Source of the DNA: Planctomycetota bacterium
GTDB taxonomy: Bacteria > Planctomycetota > Planctomycetia > Gemmatales > Gemmataceae
DNA: 64,000 bases
Assembly (NCBI GenBank): GCA_016872595.1
Contig: VGZJ01000001.1
Coordinates: 5,117-69,116, forward strand
Direction: 5' to 3'
Part shown: positions 40,637-52,324 of the stretch, piece by piece
How positions within the stretch are numbered: position 1 is the stretch's first letter
Layout: each line of letters begins with the position of its first letter
Program-made: the position numbers and the translations under genes
The notes under the pieces: model-generated
What the model was told of the DNA's origin: nothing
What the model saw: the letters and a program-made list of their open reading frames with translations, nothing else
Database searches by the model: none

Positions 40637-43600
40637 ATGAACGCGACCGGCCCGGAACGGGTTCGCACCGGCACTCTCCTCTACACCGACGACATCGGCC
40701 GCGACGCCTGCGGCATCGGCGGGGTCGCCGCGCGCGACGGGAAACCGTCGGCCGAGGTGCTACGCAAAACCGTTCTCGCGCTCCGCGCGATGGAGCACCG
40801 CGGCGGCGTGTGCGGCGACGCCGGCGACGGCGCGGGGGTCCTCGCCGCCATCCCCCAAGAGTTCTTCCGCGAAGAGGCCAAGCGGCTAAAGTTCGACGGC
40901 GCGCGCGACCTGCGCGCCGAAGACGCACTCGCCGTCGGCGTGCTGTTCGTCTTCGAACCGGACGCCGCGCGCGCCGAACAGGTCCGAAGGCTCGTGCGCG
41001 AGTTGACCGCCGGCGGACCGGTCACGCTGCTCGGCTTCCGCTCCGTGCCCACGAACGAAGACGCGCTCCCGGCGAAAGCCCGCGCCACGCGCCCCAGCGC
41101 CATTGACCACGCGCTGTTCAAGGTCGAAGGCGATCCCGCCGACGCCGACAAGTGGCTGTTCCTGCGCCGCCTCGAACTGCGCCAGCGACTCAGCGCCGCC
41201 GGCCTCAGCGCCTACATGCCGACGCTGTCGGCGCGCGTGATCGGCTACAAAGGGCTGTTCACCAGCGGGCAACTCGCGGACTTTTACGTTGACCTGACGA
41301 ACCCGGCGTTCGAGACCGGCATCGCCACGTTCCACCGCCGGTACAGCACGAACACCTTCCCGAACTGGACCCTCGGCCAGCCGTTCCGCTTGACCTGCCA
41401 CAACGGCGAGATCAACACCGTTCGCACGAACCGCAACGCGGTCAGCGCGTTCGCCCGCGCGCTCCAGCCGCCGCTGCCCAGTGGCGAACTGCTGACGCCG
41501 CGGATGAGCGACTCCGCGAGCCTCGACGAGTGGGTCGAGTACCTGATGCTCCAACAGAACTGGAGCATGTTGCGCGCGCTGCGGCTGTCGATCCCGCCCG
41601 TGTGGGATACCGAGGCCGACGTGTGGGGCCAAGAAGCGTTCGACCTATTCACCTACTATCGGCGCACGTTCGGCAGCCTCGCCGCGTGGGACGGCCCCGC
41701 GGGCATCATCGGCACCGACGGCCGGATGCTCGTCGGCCTCGTGGACCGCATGGGCCTGCGCCCGGTGCGCTGGTGCTCGGACCGCCGCGGCTGGCTCTAC
41801 ATCGGCTCCGAGTCCGGCGTGTACGGCCTCGACAACACCACCATCGTCGCCAGCGGGCAGCTCCAACCCGGCCAGATGATCGCGCTGGACACCGCGACCG
41901 GCGAGCGCCTCGATAGCTACCAAATCATGGCCCGCGTCGTCGCCGAAGCGAGGGACGAACTGGGCGACGTGCGCGAACTGAACCGCCGGCAGATCGTCAT
42001 TCCCGAAGGGTTCGACTACACGCGCCAAGTCGATGACACCGTGGGCGCGATGCTGGCGGATCGGACGTGGTCGCTCGACCACCTGCTGCAGGCCGCCGGC
42101 TGGGACTTCGACCGCGCGGTGTTCGTGCGCGACATGGCGAAGCTCAAGAAGGAGCCGCTGTCGAGCATGGGTCACGACCGCGTGCTGACCGTCTTCAGCC
42201 AGCACCACCCGACGCTGTTCAAGTACCTGCAGCAGACGTTCGCGGAGGTGACGAACCCGCCCATCGACCCGTACCGCGAAGGCGGGGCGATGTCTCTGGC
42301 GACGTACTTGGGGCGCGCGCAGGCGAACCCGTCGCGCGCGAGCGACGACGCGCTGCTGCTGCTGCGCCAAATGGAACTGCCCTCCCCCGTCATCTCCGAC
42401 GCCATCGTCGAAGAGATTCGACTGAACGAGGTGCTGGCGTTCGAACTGCTCGACGCGACCTTCCCGCTGTCCGGCGGGGCCGAGGCGCTGAAGGCGAGCC
42501 TCGTCGCGCTCCAGAGCGCCGCGGAGAAGGCCGTTCACGCCGGCAACCACGTCCTTTGCATCTCCGACAAAGAGGCGTGCAAGCGCGGCATCTTCCCGAT
42601 CCCGTCGCTGCTCGCGCTCGGCGCGGTGCACCAGTACCTGTGTCGGCAGGGCTTGCGCGACAAGTGCAGCCTCATCGTGCAGGCCGGCGACATTCAAGAG
42701 GGCCACGACGTCTGCTGCCTCGTGGCGTTCGGCGCGGACGCGGTCCACCCGTACCTCATGCTGCGGCTCGTCAAGGACGGCCTCACGTTCAAGGACCCGG
42801 ACTCGAAGAACGAGTACCGGCTCGAACCGCGCGAGGCGCTGGAGAACCTGTTCGCGGCGCTCGAAGACACAATCAAGAAGGTGATCTCCAAGATGGGGAT
42901 CACGACTATCGAGGGCTATCGCGGGGCGCAACTGTTCGAGGCAGTCGGGTTCGGCCCGGAGCTGATGGCGTTTCTCGGCGACTTCCCCTCGCGGCTCGGC
43001 GGCATCGGGTTCGCGGAACTCGTCGAGGACGCGCAGTGGCGCGTACAGCAGGCCGAGAAGATGACCGTGCTGGGCCGCAACCGCGACTATCACGCCTTCA
43101 ACGCGAAGGTGCGGATGGCGCTGCGCGACGCCGTGAAGGAGGCCCACCCGGAGCCGGAACAGGGCGGTGGCGAGATGGCCTACACCGCGCCGCCGGAAGA
43201 GACCGACCCGAACGCGCCCATCAAGGTCGGCGAGAAGTTCGTGAAGTTCTCGGACATGGTCAACACCCGCGTGCCCACCGTACTGCGAGACCTGTTTAGC
43301 GTTGCGTTTGGTGCCAAGCCGCAAGCGGCGCACGAAGTCCAGCCGGCGCAGGACATCATCAAGAACCACTTCCGCGGCGCGGCCATGAGTCACGGGGCGC
43401 TGACCGGCGCGTCGCACATGACCATCGCCGCGGCCGTGAACGAACTGGGCGCGACCAGCAACAGCGGCGAGGGCGGCGAGGCCCGCTGGCGCAACGACCT
43501 CCCCGCCCGCGCCTACGGCCCGTTCTGGGACAAGGTCCGCGCGCAGCGGCTGGCGCACCCGGAAATCTACACCCTCGGCGGCGACCTCGCGAAGAGCCGG

Positions 43601-45349
43601 TTCCGCAGCCGCATCCGGCAGGTCGCCAGCGGGCGGTTCGGGGTCGACGCCGAGTACCTCGTCAACGCCGACGAACTGTCCATCAAGATGGCGCAGGGCG
43701 CGAAGCCCGGCGAGGGCGGGCAGTTGATGGGCAAGAAGGTGACGACCGAGATCGCGGAGATCCGGTTCGCCAAGCCCGGCACCGACCTCATTAGCCCGCC
43801 GCCGCACCACGACATCTACAGTATCGAAGACCTCGCGCAACTCATCTACGACCTGAAGGCCGCGAAGCCCGGCACGCCGGTATCGGTGAAGCTCGTCGCG
43901 GTCGAGAACATCGGCACCATCGCCGTGGGCGTGGCGAAGGCCGGCGCGGACATCATCGAGATCGACGGCATCGACGGCGGCACCGGCGCGGCGATGGTGT
44001 CCTCGAAGGAGCACGCCGGCCTGCCGAGCGAGATGGGTTTGGCCGAGGCGCATCAGGCGCTCGTCGTGAACGGGATGCGCACCTGCGTGAAGCTCCGCGT
44101 CGGCGGCGGCATCAAGAACGGCCACGACGTCATCAAGTACGCGCTGTTCGGCGCGGACGAGTTCAGCTTCGGGCAGGGGCTGATGGTGTCCGTCGGCTGC
44201 ATCGTGTGCAAGTCGTGCCACATCCCGAACTGCCCGACCGGGATCACCGGTAGCCCGGAAATCTTCAAGGGCCACCCCGAACACACGAAGGCGTACCTGC
44301 ACGCGGTCGCGAACGAAGTGCGCGCGCTGCTCGCACGCATGGGCTTCAAGCACCTGAGCGAGATCACCGGGCGCACCGACCTGCTCACCAAGCGCACCGA
44401 CTTCAAGAAGGAACACTCGCGGGCCGCGCTGCTCGACGTGTCGCGGTTCCTCCAACCGGACATGGCGATGTCGCGACTCGCGGCGAACCACCCGCAGGTG
44501 CCGGGGAACCGCGGCGTGTGCGACATGACCGGCTCGCTGAATGACAGAATCTTGGCCGCGGCCTACGACGCCATCGACACCGCGCAGAACGCCGACCTCG
44601 TGTTCCGCGTGAAGAACAGCGACCGCGCCGTGGGGGCGACGGTCGCGGGGCAGATCGCCAAGCTGTACGGCCGCGAGGGAATGCCGAACCACCGCAAGAT
44701 CAAGGTGCGGCTCGACGGCGAAGTGGGCCAGAGCTTCGGCGCGTGGTGCGTGAACGGCCTCGACCTCGAACTGCGCGGGTTCGCGCAGGACGGCGTCGCG
44801 AAGGGGATCAGCGGCGGCACCGTCGTCGTCACGCTCGACTACACGATCAGCAACTACGGCGGCGAGATTCAGAGCTTGACCGGGAACAACGTGGGCTACG
44901 GCGCGACCGGCGGCACGGTGTTCATCGGCGGGCGCGCGGGCCACCGGCTCGGCATCCGTAACAGCGGGGCGACCATCGTGGCCGAGGCCGCGGGCAAGTA
45001 CGCCTGCGAGTACATGACCCGTGGCAAGGTTCTCATCCTCGGGCCGGTGGAGAACGAGATCGGCTCCGGCATGACCGGCGGCGAGTTGTTCGTCTTCGAC
45101 CCCGAGACCGAAGCCCCCGCGAAGCTGCACGGCAAGAGCGTGACCGTCATCGACTGCTCGCACGTCGATTACGAGTGGATGCACCCGCTGCTGCACCAGT
45201 ACTTCGCCCGCACCGGCAGCCGGCAGGCGGAACACATCCTGAAGAACTGGGCCGACGTGCGCCGCGGCCGCCGGCTCCGCAAGGTACTCCCGCTCGCGGT
45301 CGCGCGGGCGATGGAAGACCTGAAAACCGCTGGCACCAACGCCGGCTAG
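40637..45349 (+). CDS. gltB: glutamate synthase large subunit
   Basis: DACGIG (Cys1), HRRYSTNT, HNGEINT, SNSGEGGE, RQVASGRFGV, KMAQGAKPGEGG, CIVCKSCH..NCPTGI, GXGXG domain. Confidence 0.96.
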   Translation: MNATGPERVRTGTLLYTDDIGRDACGIGGVAARDGKPSAEVLRKTVLALRAMEHRGGVCGDAGDGAGVLAAIPQEFFREEAKRLKFDGARDLRAEDALAVGVLFVFEPDAARAEQVRRLVRELTAGGPVTLLGFRSVPTNEDALPAKARATRPSAIDHALFKVEGDPADADKWLFLRRLELRQRLSAAGLSAYMPTLSARVIGYKGLFTSGQLADFYVDLTNPAFETGIATFHRRYSTNTFPNWTLGQPFRLTCHNGEINTVRTNRNAVSAFARALQPPLPSGELLTPRMSDSASLDEWVEYLMLQQNWSMLRALRLSIPPVWDTEADVWGQEAFDLFTYYRRTFGSLAAWDGPAGIIGTDGRMLVGLVDRMGLRPVRWCSDRRGWLYIGSESGVYGLDNTTIVASGQLQPGQMIALDTATGERLDSYQIMARVVAEARDELGDVRELNRRQIVIPEGFDYTRQVDDTVGAMLADRTWSLDHLLQAAGWDFDRAVFVRDMAKLKKEPLSSMGHDRVLTVFSQHHPTLFKYLQQTFAEVTNPPIDPYREGGAMSLATYLGRAQANPSRASDDALLLLRQMELPSPVISDAIVEEIRLNEVLAFELLDATFPLSGGAEALKASLVALQSAAEKAVHAGNHVLCISDKEACKRGIFPIPSLLALGAVHQYLCRQGLRDKCSLIVQAGDIQEGHDVCCLVAFGADAVHPYLMLRLVKDGLTFKDPDSKNEYRLEPREALENLFAALEDTIKKVISKMGITTIEGYRGAQLFEAVGFGPELMAFLGDFPSRLGGIGFAELVEDAQWRVQQAEKMTVLGRNRDYHAFNAKVRMALRDAVKEAHPEPEQGGGEMAYTAPPEETDPNAPIKVGEKFVKFSDMVNTRVPTVLRDLFSVAFGAKPQAAHEVQPAQDIIKNHFRGAAMSHGALTGASHMTIAAAVNELGATSNSGEGGEARWRNDLPARAYGPFWDKVRAQRLAHPEIYTLGGDLAKSRFRSRIRQVASGRFGVDAEYLVNADELSIKMAQGAKPGEGGQLMGKKVTTEIAEIRFAKPGTDLISPPPHHDIYSIEDLAQLIYDLKAAKPGTPVSVKLVAVENIGTIAVGVAKAGADIIEIDGIDGGTGAAMVSSKEHAGLPSEMGLAEAHQALVVNGMRTCVKLRVGGGIKNGHDVIKYALFGADEFSFGQGLMVSVGCIVCKSCHIPNCPTGITGSPEIFKGHPEHTKAYLHAVANEVRALLARMGFKHLSEITGRTDLLTKRTDFKKEHSRAALLDVSRFLQPDMAMSRLAANHPQVPGNRGVCDMTGSLNDRILAAAYDAIDTAQNADLVFRVKNSDRAVGATVAGQIAKLYGREGMPNHRKIKVRLDGEVGQSFGAWCVNGLDLELRGFAQDGVAKGISGGTVVVTLDYTISNYGGEIQSLTGNNVGYGATGGTVFIGGRAGHRLGIRNSGATIVAEAAGKYACEYMTRGKVLILGPVENEIGSGMTGGELFVFDPETEAPAKLHGKSVTVIDCSHVDYEWMHPLLHQYFARTGSRQAEHILKNWADVRRGRRLRKVLPLAVARAMEDLKTAGTNAG

Positions 45350-45396
45350 CGGCGATGATGGCGCGTCGAACCGGACACGCCATCGAGAGCCACACC

Positions 45397-46821
<1,425 letters not shown>

Positions 46822-46920
46822 GCGCGCACGGGGTGGCGAACGCAAAGCCGTGCTGACCCCGGGCTATTGAGTGCAACGCCTTCGGCGTAACGACGAGAAC
46901 CAATACAGCGAGGAGCAGCT

Positions 46921-47934
46921 ATGTATCGCCTACTCACCCTCTCGGCGCTCGTCGCGCTCGCGGCTCCGCGCGCCAGCGCCGCGGACGCCAAGCCGCTCGC
47001 GCTCGAGGGGCACGCGGCCGGCGTGCCCGCGGTCGTCTTCATCGGCGACGGGAAGGTTCTCGCCACAGGGAGCGAGGACATGACCGTGAAGTTGTGGGAC
47101 GCCGCCACCGGCAAGGAACTTGCGGCACTGAAGACCGGCGCGGTGCAGTCGCTCGCCAGTTCGCGCGACGGGGCGCGGCTCGCGGTCGGCGCGCACACCG
47201 GTACGGTGCGCGTGTGGGACGTCGAGACGCGCAAGGAACTGCTAGCGTACAAATCGTCCAAAGGCGATACCGCGGGGCTGGAGTTCTCGCCCGACGGCAA
47301 GGTCCTCGCGGTCGGCGGCGGCGGGTTCGACGGCAAGGCCGACAAAGCGTTCGGCTCGATCACGCTGCTGAACGCGACCGACGGGCGCGAACTGATGTCG
47401 GTCCCGTGGCCCGACAACCGCGTGACCGGGATCGCCTTCGCCCCGGACGGCAAGACACTCGCGGCGTGCAGCAGCAACGGCACGGTCGTGCTGTGGGACA
47501 CGGCCACCGGCAAGAAGATCAGCGACCTTGGCACGAACCCGAACGGCGCGAGCGGCCTCGCCTATTCGCCGGACGGCAAGCTCGTGGCGTGCGGCAACTT
47601 CTACCGCGAACTCACCATCAAGTTGTGGGACGTGACAACCGGCAAGGAGGTACGCACGCTCACGAAGAAGTCGAACGTGTCCGCGTTCGCGCTGCGGTTC
47701 GGCCCGGACAGCAAGACGCTGGCCGTGGGCGGGTTCGATCAGGACGCGCTGCGCGACACCAAGGCGCGCGGCGCGTACGTCGCGCTGTGGGACACCGACA
47801 CCGGCAAGGAGCGCGCGCTCGCCGGCCACACGCGCGGGGTGACGTCCGTGGCGCTGTCGCGCGACGGAACACGCCTCGCTGCGAGCGGACTCGACAAGGC
47901 CGCGCGCGTGTGGGAGTTGAAGGAAGACAAATAA
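46921..47934 (+). CDS. exported WD40-repeat protein
   Basis: Signal peptide; repeated FSPDGK..LA / VKLWD units. Confidence 0.92.
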   Translation: MYRLLTLSALVALAAPRASAADAKPLALEGHAAGVPAVVFIGDGKVLATGSEDMTVKLWDAATGKELAALKTGAVQSLASSRDGARLAVGAHTGTVRVWDVETRKELLAYKSSKGDTAGLEFSPDGKVLAVGGGGFDGKADKAFGSITLLNATDGRELMSVPWPDNRVTGIAFAPDGKTLAACSSNGTVVLWDTATGKKISDLGTNPNGASGLAYSPDGKLVACGNFYRELTIKLWDVTTGKEVRTLTKKSNVSAFALRFGPDSKTLAVGGFDQDALRDTKARGAYVALWDTDTGKERALAGHTRGVTSVALSRDGTRLAASGLDKAARVWELKEDK

Positions 47935-48050
47935 TTAACTCCCGTCGCTCGCGGTCTCGCGAGCCCCGGACGGGGCCGCAAGTGGCGCACGTGTCACCGG
48001 CGCGCGCGTCCCGTATACTCTCCTCACTTTCACCCGCCGGAGAACCGTAC

Positions 48051-50618
48051 ATGCTTCGCTTCCGTACCGGCGCGCTCTTGGTCGCGCTGTCTGGTGTGCT
48101 GCTCGCGCTCAGCCCGGTGCAACTGCCCGCGCAACCACCGAAGAAGCTCGTCGCGCCGACCGCGACCGACCCCGCAACCATGAAGGTCGCGAAGGGGTTC
48201 AAGGTCGAGTTGCTGTACACCGTGCCCAAGAACGAAATGGGCTCGTGGGTGTGCATTACGCCCGACGACAAGGGGCGGCTCATCGTCAGCGACCAGTACG
48301 GGGCGCTGTACCGCGTCACCCCGCGCGGGATCGGCCAGAAGCCGGAGCAAACCGGCGTCACCAAGATTCCGGCGCAGATCGGCAGCGCGCAAGGCTTGTT
48401 GTGGGCGTTCGACGCGCTGTACGTGGTCGTCAACTCGCCCGGCAAGAGCGGGCTGTACAAAGTCACGTCGTCGCAGAAGAACGACACGCTCGACACGGTC
48501 GAACTGCTGCGCGCGTTCGACGGCGGCGGCGGCGAACACGGCCCGCACGCGGTGCTGCGCCACCCGGACGGCAAGCGCCTCACTGTCGTCTGCGGCAACC
48601 AGACCAAGCTCACCAAGTTCGACACAACGAAGGTTCCGCCGGTGTGGGGCGAGGACCACCTGCTGCCGCGCCTGCCGGACGGCAACGGGTTCATGAAGGG
48701 CGTGCTCGGGCCGGGCGGCGCGATCTATAACATCACCCCGGACGGCAAGAACTGGGAGCTGTTTAGCGTGGGGTTCCGCAACCAGTACGACGCAGCGTAC
48801 AACCGGGCCGACGACCTGTTCACCTACGACGCCGATATGGAATGGGACTTCAACACGCCGTGGTACCGGCCCACGCGCGTGTGCCTCGTGAGCAGCGGCA
48901 GCGAGTGGGGCTGGCGCAACGGTGCGGGCAAGTGGCCGGTTCACTACCCCGACACGTTGCCCCCGGTGGTGAACGTGGGCCCCGGTTCGCCCACCGGCGT
49001 GAGTTTCGGGTACGGGGCGAAGTTCCCGCAGAAGTACCAAGACGCCTTCTTCATCTGCGACTGGAGCTACGGGAAGATGTACGCGGCCCATCTGCGGCCC
49101 GGCGGCAGCGCGTACACCGCGGAACTGGAAGAGTTCGTCACCGGCACGCCGCTGCCGCTCACGGACGTGTGCATCAACCCGCACGACGGGGCGATGTACT
49201 TCACCATCGGCGGGCGCAAGACCCAGAGCGGCCTGTACCGCGTCACGTACACCGGCGAAGTCGATACACCGAAGTTCCCGGTCCCGATGACCGACGCCGG
49301 TGTCTCCGCGGCCGCGCGCACGACGCGGCTCCAACTCGAGGCATTCCACACCAAGATCGGCGCGCCCGCGGTTGACGCGGCGTGGAAGGAACTCGATAGC
49401 GCCGACAGGTTCGTGCGGTTCGCGGCCCGCACAGCACTGGAACACCAAGACCCGAAGCTGTGGGCCGACAAAGCCCTCGCGGAGAAGGACCCGCAGAAGG
49501 CGATCCTGTCGCTGCTGGCGCTCGCCCGCGTCGGCGGGCAGTGCCCGGAGCACGTGCGCCCCCACAAGCCCGATGCCGAACTGCGCGCGTCGATCCTCAA
49601 GAGCCTGAACGCGATCGACGCGAAGAAGCTCACCACGGCGCTCCAGATCGACCTCGCGCGGACGTATCAGGTGGCGCTCAATCGGCTCGGCCCGCCGGCC
49701 GCCGACGAGCGCGCGGCCCTCCTCACCAAACTGAGCGCGACATTCCCCACCAAGGACCGCGCGCTCGACGGGATGCTGCTCGAGATTCTGGTGTACCTGC
49801 AAGACGACACCGTCGCCCTGAAAGGCGTGCAATTGCTCGCCGACGCGCCCACTCAAGAGGAGCAGATCGAGTACGCTCGCTCGCTGCGCGCGCTAAAGGT
49901 CGGCTGGACGATGGACGCGCGCAATACCTACTTCGCGTGGTTCCTGAAGGCCGCGGCGTACAAGGGCGGGAGCAGTTTCGCCAAGTTCCTCGCGCTGATC
50001 CGGACCGACGCCGTCGCGACGCTGTCCGCGGAGGAGAAAGTCGTGCTGAGGGAACTTCTGGCGACCGACCCCGCGAGCGTGAAGCTACCGCCGGAGCCGG
50101 CGCGGCCGTTCGTGAAGGCGTACAAGCTCGCGGACCTGACCGACGCGCTCGACAAAGGGTTGAAGTCGGGGCGCGACTTCGACCGCGGGCGCAAACTGTT
50201 CGCGGCCGGCAAGTGCTTCGCGTGCCACCGCTTCGACGGCGAAGGCGGGAGTAACGCCCCGGACCTGACCGGCGTCGCCGGGCGGTTCAGCGCGCGCGAC
50301 CTGCTCGAATCGGTCGTCGACCCGAGCAAGGAAGTCAGTGACCAGTACGCGGCCGTTGAGATTCGCACGACCGACGACCGCGTCGTGACGGGTCGCATCG
50401 TGAACCTGAGCGAAGACTTCGTGATGGTAAACACCGACATGCTGAACCCCGGCGGCACGACGCGCATCGACCGCAAGTTGATCGAATCGATGAAGCCGTC
50501 GAAGCTGTCGATGATGCCGACCGGGTTACTCGACACGTTCAAGGAAGACGAAGTGTTGGACGTGATGGCGTACATGCTGTCGCGCGGCGACCGCACGCAC
50601 GCGATGTTCAAGAAGTGA
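48051..50618 (+). CDS. PVC-type membrane-bound dehydrogenase-like protein with c-type heme
   Basis: Signal peptide, beta-propeller (GEHGPHA, GFRNQYD), HEAT-like helices, CFACH, SMMPTGL. Confidence 0.9.
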   Translation: MLRFRTGALLVALSGVLLALSPVQLPAQPPKKLVAPTATDPATMKVAKGFKVELLYTVPKNEMGSWVCITPDDKGRLIVSDQYGALYRVTPRGIGQKPEQTGVTKIPAQIGSAQGLLWAFDALYVVVNSPGKSGLYKVTSSQKNDTLDTVELLRAFDGGGGEHGPHAVLRHPDGKRLTVVCGNQTKLTKFDTTKVPPVWGEDHLLPRLPDGNGFMKGVLGPGGAIYNITPDGKNWELFSVGFRNQYDAAYNRADDLFTYDADMEWDFNTPWYRPTRVCLVSSGSEWGWRNGAGKWPVHYPDTLPPVVNVGPGSPTGVSFGYGAKFPQKYQDAFFICDWSYGKMYAAHLRPGGSAYTAELEEFVTGTPLPLTDVCINPHDGAMYFTIGGRKTQSGLYRVTYTGEVDTPKFPVPMTDAGVSAAARTTRLQLEAFHTKIGAPAVDAAWKELDSADRFVRFAARTALEHQDPKLWADKALAEKDPQKAILSLLALARVGGQCPEHVRPHKPDAELRASILKSLNAIDAKKLTTALQIDLARTYQVALNRLGPPAADERAALLTKLSATFPTKDRALDGMLLEILVYLQDDTVALKGVQLLADAPTQEEQIEYARSLRALKVGWTMDARNTYFAWFLKAAAYKGGSSFAKFLALIRTDAVATLSAEEKVVLRELLATDPASVKLPPEPARPFVKAYKLADLTDALDKGLKSGRDFDRGRKLFAAGKCFACHRFDGEGGSNAPDLTGVAGRFSARDLLESVVDPSKEVSDQYAAVEIRTTDDRVVTGRIVNLSEDFVMVNTDMLNPGGTTRIDRKLIESMKPSKLSMMPTGLLDTFKEDEVLDVMAYMLSRGDRTHAMFKK

Positions 50619-50679
50619 TCGCGACGCGCCAACAACAACGACGCGCAGAGGTTCACACCTCTGGGCGTCGTGCGTGTAA

Positions 50680-50766
50680 TGGGCGAGGCGGGATTCGAAC
50701 CCGCATGCCCCTCACGGGGCGGCGGATTTTAAGTCCGCTGTGTCTAGCCAGTTCCACCACTCGCCC
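50680..50766 (-). tRNA. tRNA-Leu(TAA)
   Basis: GGGCGAGTGGTGGAACTGGCTAGACACAGCGGACTTAAAATCCGCC, long variable arm, GCGGGTTCGAATCCCGCCTCGCCCA. Confidence 0.96.
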
Positions 50767-50810
50767 GGAACGGAAATCATTGCAGGTCGCGGGACGAGCG
50801 GCAAGGCGAC

Positions 50811-51155
50811 TCAATCGAACATGCCGGCCACGTCCACGAGCTTCTTGACCTGATCGGCCCCGAGGCGGCCGACCATCGCGCGGACGGCTTCGAGGTCCGC
50901 GAACACCGCTCCGGGCTTGCGTCCGGGCTTGCGCCCCGGCTTCGCGCCCGCGGGGACCGCCCTGCCCGCCTTCCGCTTCTCCTTCTTGATGTTCGACTTG
51001 TAGTTCGAGATGTGCGTCGTCTTAAGCTCGACGCCGAACGTGTCGCGGATAAACGACTGCAGTTCTTTCGTCTTGACCTTCCACCCTTTCTCGTCGAGGG
51101 CGGCCTGAACCATCGCCTTTTGTGTGGGCTTCCCGTCCGACGTACCGCGAGGCAT
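50811..51155 (-). CDS. small basic hypothetical protein (possible DNA-binding)
   Basis: TGGAG RBS; Lys-rich MPRGTSDGKPTQKAMVQAAL..., KPGR repeats. Confidence 0.75.
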   Translation of the reverse strand: MPRGTSDGKPTQKAMVQAALDEKGWKVKTKELQSFIRDTFGVELKTTHISNYKSNIKKEKRKAGRAVPAGAKPGRKPGRKPGAVFADLEAVRAMVGRLGADQVKKLVDVAGMFD

Positions 51156-51297
51156 CGGTGTTCTCCAGATGTGTGAATGGGCGTTGAGATGTACAACTCT
51201 CAACGCGCCTTTATGTAGAGTATATTTCTGACAACGTGTAGTAGGCCGCGTAACTTTTTCAGTTTCCGCAGGTTGCCGCGTCGGTATAACCCGACGG

Positions 51298-52296
51298 TCA
51301 GCGGCCGGATTGATAGATGCGGTCGAACTCGCCGCCCTCGGAAAAAAAGTCGGTTTGGATCGCGGTCCACGAACCGAGACCGAAGCGATTGTCGTCGGCG
51401 CTGAGGAGCGTGTGGGGGAAGGTGCCGTCGCCGGGCGTCGGGTCGCCGAGGCGGAAGAATAGCGACGAAATGATCTCGCGCGCCGCGGGGTTGGTGGAGA
51501 TAAAGTTGAGGTATGCCTCCGCGACCGCGCGCGTGCCCTTTCTGTCAACGTTCGCGTCAACGAGCGCGACGTGCGGTTCCGCGCGGATGCTCACCGGCGG
51601 GCGCACGATCTCAACGAGGTCTTTCAACTCGCGCTTTTCCAGTTCCGCCTCGTTCTCCCATGTGAGGTGAACGTCGCCGATGTTCTTGCGCGCGAACGTC
51701 ACGGTCGCGCCGCGCGCGCCGGTATCGAGCACCGGGACGCGCTTGTACATTTCGGTTACGAACGCCCGCGCCGCGGCCGTCGTACCGCCGCGGTTCAGCA
51801 CGTCGAGCCACGCGCCGAGCATCGCGAGCTTCGCCCCGCCGCCGGTTTTCGGGTTGGCGGTCACGATCTTCACGCCCGGCTTCAACAGGTCCGGCCAGTC
51901 GCGGATCCCGAACGGGTTCCCCTTCCGCACGACGAAAACGATTGTCGAGATGTACGGTAGCGAACGGTTCGGCAGCCGATTCTCCCAGCCGTCGGCAACC
52001 AGCTTCTTCGCGCGGATGTTGTCGATGTCGTTCCACATCGCGAGCGTAACCACGTCGGCCGGGATGCCGTCGATGACCGCGCGCGCCTGACTCCCGGATC
52101 CGCCGTGCGACTGGCGCACGCGCACCGTTCTGCCGTGCGCGCCCGCGTAGAACGCGGCGAAGGCGTGGTTGAGTTTGCGGTACAGTTCGCGCGTCGGGTC
52201 GTAGGAGACGTTGAGCAACTCGAAGTCGGCGCGCGGCCCGCCGCACCCGGAGAGCGCGGCCAGCGCCCCTGTCGTGAGGAAGTGACGTCGGTTCAT
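51298..52296 (-). CDS. sbp: sulfate ABC transporter substrate-binding protein
   Basis: LLNVSYDPTRELY, QSHGGSGSQAR, NPKTGGGA, DTGARGAT, WENEA; Tat/lipoprotein leader MNRRHFL..LSGC. Confidence 0.93.
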   Translation of the reverse strand: MNRRHFLTTGALAALSGCGGPRADFELLNVSYDPTRELYRKLNHAFAAFYAGAHGRTVRVRQSHGGSGSQARAVIDGIPADVVTLAMWNDIDNIRAKKLVADGWENRLPNRSLPYISTIVFVVRKGNPFGIRDWPDLLKPGVKIVTANPKTGGGAKLAMLGAWLDVLNRGGTTAAARAFVTEMYKRVPVLDTGARGATVTFARKNIGDVHLTWENEAELEKRELKDLVEIVRPPVSIRAEPHVALVDANVDRKGTRAVAEAYLNFISTNPAAREIISSLFFRLGDPTPGDGTFPHTLLSADDNRFGLGSWTAIQTDFFSEGGEFDRIYQSGR

Positions 52297-52324
52297 ATGC
52301 AGATTGTACATAACGCGGCGCGAT

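Noticed and set aside
41645..45235. 1196-aa minus-strand ORF and many similar long antisense ORFs
   Set aside because: Shadow ORFs caused by high GC3 of the real genes on the opposite strand; no protein motifs
46830..46890. Possible further REP-type element after the DUF1501 gene
   Set aside because: Single degenerate copy in the window; cannot be shown to be repetitive
50680..51290. Second island at tRNA-Leu
   Set aside because: No integrase and no duplicated tRNA 3' end nearby
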